DNA from: Polyangiales bacterium
Lineage (GTDB): Bacteria > Myxococcota_A > Polyangia > Polyangiales > JADJQN01
Assembly: GCA_964202905.1 (NCBI GenBank)
Contig: CAXNJO010000001.1
Coordinates: 832,001 to 896,000 of the forward strand
DNA: 64,000 nucleotides
Direction: 5' to 3'
Position numbers and translations under genes: made by a program. The notes under the pieces are model-generated. The model was not told where the DNA came from. It saw nothing but the letters and a program-made list of their open reading frames with translations, and searched no databases. Positions 19,673-27,946 of the stretch are shown one piece after another (positions within the stretch are counted from its first letter, which is position 1; the number at the start of each line of letters is the position of its first letter).

Positions 19673-20649
19673 CTCGCACCTCCCGTCGGCTGCGATGGGC
19701 GCCGCGTGGCGGCGTCGAGCAGGCGCCGCGCTTCCGGGAGTCGCGGCACGAGCGCGAGCGCGGCCTCGAGATCCGCGACGCCGCGCGCGTCCTCGCCGAG
19801 GCCGAGCAGGGCCTCGCCGCGTTCGGCGAGCGCGAAGGCCGAGGTGCGCCGCGCGAGCCGCGCGTCCGCGTCGTCGCGTGCGGCGAGGCGGGCGGCGCGC
19901 GCGTCGGCGGGGCGCTGCGCGGCGTCGAACACGCGGGCGCGGGCGAGCAGGTGCTGCGCGGTGACGGGCCCGGCGCCGCGCGCGGCCTCGAGCTGCGCGA
20001 GCGCATCCCCGAAGCGGCCGAGCACGACGGCGACCCACGCGAGCTCGGTGTGCAGCACGGCGCTCCCGGTCGCGGCGGCGCCCTCCGCGAGCGCGTCGGC
20101 GGCCTCCGCAAGGCGGCCTGCGCGCTCGAGGAGCTGCGCGCGCTCGAGGTGCGCGTCCACGTCGTCGCCGAGCGCGACGGCCGCCGCGAGGTCGCGGAGC
20201 GCACCTTCCGTGTCGCCCGTCTGCCGCAACACCTGCGCGCGCAGACGCAGCGCGTCGTGGTGCGGACCGACCTGCGCGAGCAGCGCGTCGAGCAGCGCGC
20301 GCGCCTCCGGCCAGCGCTCGGCGTCGGCGGCGACCTGCGCGCGGAGCAGGGTGATGCGCGGCTCCGCGGGGCGCAGCGCCTCGGCGATGCGCAGATCGGC
20401 GAGCGCCTCGCGCGGGCGCGACGCGAGCCGCAGCGTCTCGGCGCGGCGCAGCCGCAGCTCGAGGTCCGCGGGCGCGGCGGACACCTCGCGATCGAGCGCG
20501 CGCAGGCCTACGGAGCGGGGCGGATCGGCGGAGGCCGACCCGGACGCGGTGAGGGTGAGCGCGCAGAGCAGCGCGGCGACCGGGAGCCGCGTGCGGCGAC
20601 GGGGGGGACGCGGAGGGGGCGACACGCCGCGAAGGTACACGAGCCCCAC
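19669..20649 (-). CDS. Tetratricopeptide-repeat protein with signal peptide
   Basis: Repeated A/L helical TPR patterns (RAQVLRQTGDTEGALRDL); ATGA overlap with the phosphatase gene. Confidence 0.8.
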   Translation of the reverse strand: MGLVYLRGVSPPPRPPRRRTRLPVAALLCALTLTASGSASADPPRSVGLRALDREVSAAPADLELRLRRAETLRLASRPREALADLRIAEALRPAEPRITLLRAQVAADAERWPEARALLDALLAQVGPHHDALRLRAQVLRQTGDTEGALRDLAAAVALGDDVDAHLERAQLLERAGRLAEAADALAEGAAATGSAVLHTELAWVAVVLGRFGDALAQLEAARGAGPVTAQHLLARARVFDAAQRPADARAARLAARDDADARLARRTSAFALAERGEALLGLGEDARGVADLEAALALVPRLPEARRLLDAATRRPSQPTGGAR

Positions 20650-20652
20650 GTC

Positions 20653-20709
20653 CGTGAACCCGATTCAATTTCGTGAACGTGGTTCACGTTCGTGAACGTG
20701 GTTCACGTG
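20653..20709. repeat. Three tandem 19-bp units with palindromic core CGTGAAC-N3-GTTCACG (operator-like)
   Basis: Units at 20653 (degenerate), 20672 and 20691, directly upstream of the TPR gene. Confidence 0.8.
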
Positions 20710-20724
20710 TGCGCCACGAGGGCG

Positions 20725-22551
20725 TCAGGTGCTCGGATTGGGTGCCGGGGCGACGCTCGCCGCGAGCGCCGCGCGCAGGTCGTCCTCGGTGAAGGGCTTC
20801 GAGAGGAAGGCGTCCATCCCCGCCTCGAGGCAGCGCGTCCGGTCGACGTCGCGCGCGTTCGCCGTCACCGCCACGACGAAGGGCTGCGCGTCGCCGCGGG
20901 CCGCGCACTCGGCGCGGATGTGCCGCGTGGCGGTGGGTCCGTCCATGCGCGGCATCTGCATGTCCATGAACACGAGGTCGAACGTGCGCGTGCGCAGCTG
21001 CGCGACCGCCTCGACGCCGTCGAGTGCCTCGTCGACGACGAGCCCGTGCCGCTCGAGGAGCGCGCGCAGGAGCATCGCGTTGATGGAGTTGTCGTCCACC
21101 ACCAGCGCGCTGCGGCCCGCGACATCGGGCGGCGCGCTCGGACGCTGCGGGGTGAGCGTGTCCCGCGGCACGGTCGGTGGCGCCGTCGCTTCGGTCGCGC
21201 GCTCGACCTCGAGCGGCACGACGACCGCGACGCAGGTGCCTTCCCCGAGGCGGCTCTCGAGCCCGATCGTGCCGCCCATCGCGCCGACGATGCGCTTGCA
21301 GATCGAGAGCCCGAGCCCGGTGCCCCCGTAGGTGCGCCGGATGGACGCATCCGCCTGGACGAAGGGCTCGAAGAGCTTCGCAGCGGCCTCGGGCGCGACG
21401 CCGATCCCCGTGTCCGTGACGGTCATGCGGAGCGCGGTGCGCCCCTCGCCCCCACGCACCGAGACCGCGAGCGCGACGCGCCCGGACTCCGTGAACTTCA
21501 CGCCGTTCGCGAGGAGATTCACGAGCACCTGCTGCAGCCGCGTGGCGTCGACGCGCGCGCGCTCGGGGACGTCGGGCGCGATGGCGAGCGTCAGCGCGAG
21601 GCCCTTCGCGGCGGCGCGGTCGGCGAGGATCTGCACCGCGGCCTCGACGATCGGGCGGAGCACGTGCGGCGCGGGCGTGAGGCGCAGGCCCTCGTGCGTC
21701 ATCTGTGCGAGGTCGAGCACGTCCTCGATGACCGCGCCGAGCAGCTGGCCCGAGGCGCGCAGCGTGTCGAGGTGGCGGCGCTGCGCCGGGTCGAGCCGTG
21801 AATCGGCGAGCAGCGTCGCGGCGCCGAGCACCCCGTGGAGCGGCGTGCGCAGCTCGTGGCTCACGACGGCGAGGAAGGTCTCCTTCGCGGCGAGCGCGTC
21901 CTGCGCGGTCGTGAGCGCGCGGGAGAGCGCCTCGGTGCGCGCGGCGACCTCGGCCTCGAGCGCCGCAGCCTGCCGCGCGAGCGCATGGTTCGCGTCTTCG
22001 AGCGCGCGGGTGCGCGCGGAGGCGCGCGCGTACGAGCGGAGGGCCGCGATGACGACGGTGTAGAGCTTCTGCGCGGTCAGCTCGGCCTTCGGCTCGTAGC
22101 CGTCGATTGCGTAGCGCAGGACGATCTCGCGCGGAGGCGCGAGGCCCGGCTGCCCCGTGCGCAGGACGACGCGCGTGTCGTGGTTGCCGAGGTGGTCGCG
22201 CAGCGCCTGCGCGACGAGGAGCCCGGCGTCGTCGGTGTCCATCACGACGTCGAGCAGGACGAGCGCGGTGTCGGGCTGCGCCTCGAGCGCGGCGAGGGCC
22301 TCGCGCCGCGAATACGCGGAGCGCAACGCGAGCGCGCGCCCCTCGAAGCGTGCGCCCTCGAGCACCATGCGCGTCACGGCGTGCAGGCCCTCGTCGTCGT
22401 CGACGACGAGCACCTTCCAGGGCGCGGGTTCGGGCGACGCCGTGTACGGGCCCCCATCGCCGCGCGTGTCGCCGACGACCGCGTCGTCATCGCCGAACAC
22501 GAGCGCGTCGTCGTCGGAGACGTTCTCGGCGGTCGGGGGGGAGGACGCCAT
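20725..22551 (-). CDS. Cytoplasmic hybrid histidine kinase (REC-HisKA-HATPase-REC)
   Basis: VLVVDDD/LLDVVM REC; SHELRTPL; NLLANGVKFT, DTGIG, GGTGLGL; C-terminal VDDN...FMDMQMP REC. Confidence 0.93.
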   Translation of the reverse strand: MASSPPTAENVSDDDALVFGDDDAVVGDTRGDGGPYTASPEPAPWKVLVVDDDEGLHAVTRMVLEGARFEGRALALRSAYSRREALAALEAQPDTALVLLDVVMDTDDAGLLVAQALRDHLGNHDTRVVLRTGQPGLAPPREIVLRYAIDGYEPKAELTAQKLYTVVIAALRSYARASARTRALEDANHALARQAAALEAEVAARTEALSRALTTAQDALAAKETFLAVVSHELRTPLHGVLGAATLLADSRLDPAQRRHLDTLRASGQLLGAVIEDVLDLAQMTHEGLRLTPAPHVLRPIVEAAVQILADRAAAKGLALTLAIAPDVPERARVDATRLQQVLVNLLANGVKFTESGRVALAVSVRGGEGRTALRMTVTDTGIGVAPEAAAKLFEPFVQADASIRRTYGGTGLGLSICKRIVGAMGGTIGLESRLGEGTCVAVVVPLEVERATEATAPPTVPRDTLTPQRPSAPPDVAGRSALVVDDNSINAMLLRALLERHGLVVDEALDGVEAVAQLRTRTFDLVFMDMQMPRMDGPTATRHIRAECAARGDAQPFVVAVTANARDVDRTRCLEAGMDAFLSKPFTEDDLRAALAASVAPAPNPST

Positions 22552-22748
22552 CGCCGCGCCAACCCTAACGCCTCCCTGCACGCGCGTCATGCCGCGCGAT
22601 CACGCCGCGCGCCCGGTCGGGGCAGGTGCATCGGCGCGGCGCACCGCACCGTGCGGCGCGGGTGCCCGCGTGCTTCTCTTGGCGCGCCCGCGTGCGGGGC
22701 GGCGAGCCGACGGCGTCCGCGCGGCGCAGACCGGGAGAGAGCGGGTCG

Positions 22749-24335
22749 ATGTCGCGAGCGTCCGAGCAGGCCCCCCCCGTGCGCAGGTCTGCCCTGCGCC
22801 GCGCGATCGCGCGCTTCACCGCGCTCGGTGCCCAGCCCGACGAGGCGGCGACGGCCAGCGTCGCGCGGCGCACGCTCCTGCTCGGCGGGCTGCTGATGAG
22901 CGTGGGCGGCCTGATCTGGGGCGCGATTGCGCTCTCCGCGGGTCGGGCCTTCGCCTCGTCCATCCCGCTCGGCTACGTCGCGCTCACCGCGCTGAACTAC
23001 GCGACCTTCGCGCGGACGCGGGACTTCCGCCGCGCCCGCTTCGTGCAGGTCTTCATCAGCCTCGCGCTGCCGTTCCTGTTTCAGTGGTCCCTCGGCGGGT
23101 TCGAGTCGAGCGGCGTCGTGATGCTCTGGGCGATGGTGTCGATCGTCGGCGCGCTCACCTTCTCCGAGGCGCGCGAGACCTCGCTCTGGCTCGCGGTCTA
23201 CATCGCGCTCACCGTGATCAGCGGCGGGATCGACCCGTATCTCGCGGCCTGGATGGACTTCGCGCCGAGCGTGGCGGCGCGCGTCGGCTTCCTCGTCACC
23301 AACGTGGTGATGGTGAGCGGCATCGTCTTCGGCGTCGCGATCTATCTCAACGTGATTCGCGCGCGCGCGCTCCGCTCGCTCGAGCGCGCGAACGCCGACA
23401 ACGTCGCGTTGAACAACCGCCTCGCCGAGGAGGTCGTCGAGCGCGGCGCCCAGCTCGCGGAGTTGCGCGCGCTCCAGGCGCGGCTCGGTGAGCGCACCGA
23501 GGCGCTGTCGCGCTCGCTCGCGGAGCTGCGCGCGACGCAGGACGAGCTCGTGCAGCGCGAGAAGCTCGCGGCGCTCGGGCAGCTCGTCGCGGGCGTCGCG
23601 CACGAGGTCAACACGCCGCTCGGCGTCGCGTACACCGCGGTCACGCTGGCGCTCGAGCGGGTCGTCGCGCTCGAGGGGGCGCTGAGTGGCGCGGCGCCGT
23701 CGCGTCGGCAGCTGCTCGAGCTCGTCGGCGGGGGGCGCGAGGCGCTGCAGGTCGCGGCCACCAACGCGGAGCGCGCGGCGAGCCTCATCGCGAACTTCAA
23801 GCGCGTGGCCGTCGATCAGGCGAGCGAGGCCGAGCGCGAGGTGGAGCTTCGGGCCTACCTCGCGACCGTCGCCGCGAGCCTCTCGCCGCTGCTGCGTGGC
23901 GCGGACGCGGAGCTCCGCTGCGAGGGGCAGCCGATCACGGTGCTCACGCGCCCGGGCGCGATCGCGCAGGTCGTGACCAACCTGGTGCAGAACGCGCTGC
24001 TGCACGCCTTCGAGGACGACTCCTTCAGGGATGGGCGCGCCGCGCGTGTGATCACGCTGCGCTGCGGCCCGGATGGGGAGCACGCGTGCATCCAGGTCGT
24101 CGATCAGGGCGTGGGCATGCCGGAGGAGCTCGCGCGGCGTGTGTTCGAGCCGTTCGTGACGACGCGCCGCGGCTCGGGCGGGAGCGGGCTCGGCATGCAC
24201 ATCGTGCATCAGCAGGTCTACGAGGTGCTCGGGGGCTCGCTCGTCCTCGACACGGCGCCCGGGCGCGGGACGCGCGTCGCGATCCGGCTCCCGCTCGCGC
24301 CGCGTCAGAGCGCGCCGCCCGCAGCGGGCAATTGA
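22749..24335 (+). CDS. Membrane-bound sensor histidine kinase (about 6 TM)
   Basis: Hydrophobic N-half; AGVAHEVNTPLG; NLVQNALLHAF, DQGVG, GGSGLG. Confidence 0.92.
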   Translation: MSRASEQAPPVRRSALRRAIARFTALGAQPDEAATASVARRTLLLGGLLMSVGGLIWGAIALSAGRAFASSIPLGYVALTALNYATFARTRDFRRARFVQVFISLALPFLFQWSLGGFESSGVVMLWAMVSIVGALTFSEARETSLWLAVYIALTVISGGIDPYLAAWMDFAPSVAARVGFLVTNVVMVSGIVFGVAIYLNVIRARALRSLERANADNVALNNRLAEEVVERGAQLAELRALQARLGERTEALSRSLAELRATQDELVQREKLAALGQLVAGVAHEVNTPLGVAYTAVTLALERVVALEGALSGAAPSRRQLLELVGGGREALQVAATNAERAASLIANFKRVAVDQASEAEREVELRAYLATVAASLSPLLRGADAELRCEGQPITVLTRPGAIAQVVTNLVQNALLHAFEDDSFRDGRAARVITLRCGPDGEHACIQVVDQGVGMPEELARRVFEPFVTTRRGSGGSGLGMHIVHQQVYEVLGGSLVLDTAPGRGTRVAIRLPLAPRQSAPPAAGN

Positions 24336-24396
24336 ACTCCCCGTTGCGCGCGCGGCCGGGTTAGCCTCGGCACCGACGAGCGAGGAGCACGACGCC

Positions 24397-25494
24397 GTGA
24401 CGACGATTCAAGCGCTGCCGACCGTCCTAGTCGTCGACGACACGCCCGAAAACCTCCAGATCATGAGCGCCCTGCTCAAGGGCCGCTACCGCGTGAAGGT
24501 CGCGAGCAGTGGGGAGAAGGCGCTGCGGCTGCTCGAGGAGGGTGCCTCACCGGACCTCGTCCTGCTCGACATCGTGATGCCGGGCCTCGACGGCTACGAG
24601 GTCTGCCGCCGCATGAAGGCGGATGTGCGGCTGCGCGCGCTGCCCGTCATCTTCGTCACCGCACGCGCCGAGGTCGAGGACGAGACGGCGGGGCTCGCGC
24701 TCGGCGCCGTCGACTACATCACCAAGCCGATCAGCCCCGCGATCACCCTCGCGCGCATCCAGACGCACATCGCGCTCAAGCTCGCCGCCGACGCCGAGCG
24801 CGAGCGCGCCGACGTGCTCGAGCGGGAGGTGCGGGTCCGCACCGAGGAGCTCTCGGCCCTGCAGGATGCGACGATCCTCGCGATGAGCTCGCTCGCCGAG
24901 GCGCGCGACAACGAGACGGGCAACCACATCCGGCGCACGCAGAACTACGTCCGCGCGCTCGCACTGCAGCTGCGCGACAACCCGCGTTTCTCCTCGTACC
25001 TCACGCCTTCGCAGATCGAGGCGCTCTACAAGTCGGCGCCCCTGCACGACATCGGCAAGGTGGGGATCCCGGACGCCATCCTGCTCAAGCCCGGTCGGCT
25101 CACCGCCGAGGAGTTCGAGGTGATGAAGACGCACACCACCCTCGGGCACGGCGCGCTCAAGGCCGCTGCCGACCGCCTCTCGGGGGACGCGAGCTTCCTC
25201 GAGTGTGCGGGTGAGATCGCGCTCTCCCACCAGGAAAAGTGGGACGGAAGCGGCTATCCGCAGGCGCTCCGCGGCGACGAGATCCCCGTCTCGGCGCGGC
25301 TCATGGCCGTCGCCGACGTGTACGACGCGCTCATCAGCCGCCGCGTCTACAAGGACCCGATGACGCACGCGCAGGCTTCGCAGATCCTCGCGGAGGGACG
25401 CGGCAAGCACTTCGACCCCGACGTGGTGGACGCGTTCCAATCCATCGCGGACGACTTCGCGGCGATCGCCCGCCGCTACGCGGATCACGAGTGA
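24397..25494 (+). CDS. REC-HD-GYP response regulator (RpfG-like c-di-GMP phosphodiesterase)
   Basis: VVDD, LLDIVMP; ETGNHIRR, LHDIGKVGIPD, HQEKWDGSGYP, ADVYDAL. Confidence 0.94.
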   Translation: MTTIQALPTVLVVDDTPENLQIMSALLKGRYRVKVASSGEKALRLLEEGASPDLVLLDIVMPGLDGYEVCRRMKADVRLRALPVIFVTARAEVEDETAGLALGAVDYITKPISPAITLARIQTHIALKLAADAERERADVLEREVRVRTEELSALQDATILAMSSLAEARDNETGNHIRRTQNYVRALALQLRDNPRFSSYLTPSQIEALYKSAPLHDIGKVGIPDAILLKPGRLTAEEFEVMKTHTTLGHGALKAAADRLSGDASFLECAGEIALSHQEKWDGSGYPQALRGDEIPVSARLMAVADVYDALISRRVYKDPMTHAQASQILAEGRGKHFDPDVVDAFQSIADDFAAIARRYADHE

Positions 25495-25517
25495 AGACGA
25501 CCGGAGAGGGAGAGACG

Positions 25518-26435
25518 ATGTCCACCAGCGCGGAGATGGAGCGCACGCTCGAGAAGTTCGATCTGAGCCGCGCCGACGTGGAGCGCGTGCGCGAGGTCGG
25601 GCGGCTGCTCGACGGCGCCTACGAGACGATCGTGCAGGAGTTCTACGTGTGGCTGAGCGGCCACCAGGAGTACCGCACCTTCTTCGGCGGCAACGCGCGC
25701 ACGCTCGAGCGCGTCAAGAACTCGCAGGTCGAGCACTGGCGCGCGTTCTTCGCGGCGGAGCTCGACGACGCCTATTTCGCCTCGCGCCGCCACATCGGCT
25801 CGGTGCACGCGCACATCGATCTGCCGAACGACATCTACTACGCGGGCATGAGCGTCTCGCTGGGCGCGATCCTGCGGCAGCTGCGCGCGGTCACGCCGCC
25901 ATCGCCCGAACGGGAGTTGCTCGAGGCCGCCGTCACGAAGCTCGTCTTCGTCGACACCTTCCTCGTCGCCGACGAGATCTCCCGCATCCAGAAGGACAAG
26001 CTGCTCATCAACAGCAAGTCGCTGATGGAGATGTCCACGCCGGTCACGCCGATCTGGGAGGGGATCTTGCTGCTGCCGCTCGTCGGGATCGTCGACTCGG
26101 CGCGCACGCAGGACATCATGCACAAGACGCTCGCGAAGATCGCCGAGACGCGCGCGCGCATGTTCGTGCTCGACATCAGCGGCGTCGGCGCCGTCGACAC
26201 CGCGGTCGCCAACCAGCTCATCAAGATCACGCGCGCGACGCAGCTCATGGGCTGCGAGTCGATCATCTCGGGGATCTCGCCGGCGATCGCGCGCACGCTC
26301 GTGGAGCTCGGCGTGCAGGTCGGCGACGTGAAGACCACGGCGACCCTGCGCGACGCGCTCGAGCACGCGCTGAAGGCGATGGGGGGGGTCGACCGGCAGC
26401 TGCAGGGCCCGGCGTCGCGCGCCGAGTCGCGCTAG
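25518..26435 (+). CDS. rsbR: Stressosome sensor RsbR with N-terminal sensor globin and C-terminal STAS
   Basis: Globin pattern FYVWL...QVEHW...IGSVHAHIDL; STAS MSTPVTPIWEGILLLPLVG, DISGV..VDT. Confidence 0.9.
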   Translation: MSTSAEMERTLEKFDLSRADVERVREVGRLLDGAYETIVQEFYVWLSGHQEYRTFFGGNARTLERVKNSQVEHWRAFFAAELDDAYFASRRHIGSVHAHIDLPNDIYYAGMSVSLGAILRQLRAVTPPSPERELLEAAVTKLVFVDTFLVADEISRIQKDKLLINSKSLMEMSTPVTPIWEGILLLPLVGIVDSARTQDIMHKTLAKIAETRARMFVLDISGVGAVDTAVANQLIKITRATQLMGCESIISGISPAIARTLVELGVQVGDVKTTATLRDALEHALKAMGGVDRQLQGPASRAESR

Positions 26436-26465
26436 CGCGGGCTCCCCACGACGGAAACGCGCGCG

Positions 26466-26852
26466 ATGTCCTCGCTCCTCGAAGGCAACGTGACGACCAC
26501 GCTCGTGCGCGGGAGCGTCGTCGTGACGTTTCCGGCCGAGCTCGCCGGCGGCCTCGACCGCGCGCAACACGCGGCGCTCGAGCGCGTCCGCGGCGCGGGC
26601 GCCCGCGCCGTGGTGCTCGAGCTCTCGTCGGTCCGCTTCATGGATCGCGCCGAGTTCGACGGGTTGCGCGCGCTCGTGGGGATGTTGCGCCTCCTCGGCG
26701 CGCGGACGGTGCTGGTCGGGCTGCGCCCTGGCGTCGTCGCCTGGTTGGTCGGCAGCGACGTCGATCTCCGTGGGCTCGAGTTCGAGCGGGACCTCGAGGG
26801 CGCGCTCGAGCGGCTCGGCGCCGACGGCCCGGACGGCGAGGCGCCCCGGTGA
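26466..26852 (+). CDS. rsbS: Stressosome scaffold RsbS-like STAS protein
   Basis: Stand-alone STAS (LLGARTVLVGLRPGVV, DLEGAL) between rsbR and rsbT. Confidence 0.85.
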   Translation: MSSLLEGNVTTTLVRGSVVVTFPAELAGGLDRAQHAALERVRGAGARAVVLELSSVRFMDRAEFDGLRALVGMLRLLGARTVLVGLRPGVVAWLVGSDVDLRGLEFERDLEGALERLGADGPDGEAPR

Positions 26853-27946
26853 GCGAGGCGCACGACGACGTGGTGTCGTTCCGCGTGAGCGCCGCCGCCG
26901 ACGTCGCGGGGGCCGCTCTGCAGATGTCGAGCCACCCCGTCCTCCGCGGCGCTTCGCCGACCGACCGCGCGCTCGTCGCGACGATCGTCTCCGAACTCGG
27001 GTCGAACGTCGTCAAATACGGGCGCCGCGGCGAGTTGTGTATATCTCGCACCGAGGAGGACGGCTGTGTGGACATCGAGATCCTCGCGGAGGACGACGGG
27101 CCGGGGATCGCGGACGTCGAGCGCGCGATGCAGGATCACTTCAGCACCGGCGGCACGCTCGGGCTTGGGCTGCCTGGCGTGCGGCGCATGGCGGACGCGT
27201 TCTCGCTGCGCAGCGCGCCGGGCGAGGGGACCGTGGTGCGCGTGACCAAGCGGATCGTCGGGCGCGCCACGCGCGCCTCGGCCACCCATGCGTCGATCGC
27301 CGCGCCGCGTGATTCGGAGCGGCCGCGCGCGTCGGTGAACGCGCCGCCGCTCGGAGCGGGCAGTGAACGGTGCGATCTCGGCGCGCGGCTGCGGACGTGC
27401 GAAGGCCATGCGGTGTCGGGCGATCGGGCGCTCGCGCTGCGCTGCGAGGGCGGCCTGCTGCTCGGGATCGTCGATGCGTCGGGGCATGGTCCCCGCGCCC
27501 ACGCGCTCGCCGCGCAGCTGGAGTACCTCTTTTCGGAAGAGGGGAGCGCGGACCTTGAGCGGCTGATGACGCGTTTCAACGAGACGCTGCGCGGCACGGT
27601 CGGCGCCGCGGCGGGCCTGCTCTTCGTCGACGAGGACGCGGCCACCTTCCGCTACCTCGGGGTCGGAAACACCCGCGCAGCGCTCGTGGGCGCGACCTCG
27701 TGGCGCGGCATCTCGCGCGACGGCGTGCTCGGCAGCGGCGCCGTGCGCTACCTGCTGCAGTCGGGGGATCTCGCCGCGGGGGACTTGCTGATGCTCTGGA
27801 CGGATGGCCTGCCCGAGCTCGGCTGCACGGCGCTCGCGAAGGCCAACGCCTTCCGCCCCGCGCAGGAGATCGCGGGCACGCTCGTCGCGCAGCTCGCGCG
27901 CGCCTACGACGACGCCGCGTGTCTCGTGCTGCGGTGGCTCCCATGA
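26849..27946 (+). CDS. rsbT: RsbT kinase fused to RsbX-like PP2C/SpoIIE phosphatase
   Basis: [31 protein letters not shown]; then SGD, DASGHG, GVGN, TDG, DDA; GTGA overlap with rsbS. Confidence 0.88.
   Translation: MSEAHDDVVSFRVSAAADVAGAALQMSSHPVLRGASPTDRALVATIVSELGSNVVKYGRRGELCISRTEEDGCVDIEILAEDDGPGIADVERAMQDHFSTGGTLGLGLPGVRRMADAFSLRSAPGEGTVVRVTKRIVGRATRASATHASIAAPRDSERPRASVNAPPLGAGSERCDLGARLRTCEGHAVSGDRALALRCEGGLLLGIVDASGHGPRAHALAAQLEYLFSEEGSADLERLMTRFNETLRGTVGAAAGLLFVDEDAATFRYLGVGNTRAALVGATSWRGISRDGVLGSGAVRYLLQSGDLAAGDLLMLWTDGLPELGCTALAKANAFRPAQEIAGTLVAQLARAYDDAACLVLRWLP

Noticed and set aside
20653..20709. Mini-CRISPR or LexA box interpretation of the 19-bp array
   Set aside because: No spacers or cas genes; GAAC-N3-GTTC spacing does not fit the GAAC-N4-GTTC box or the Myxococcus LexA consensus
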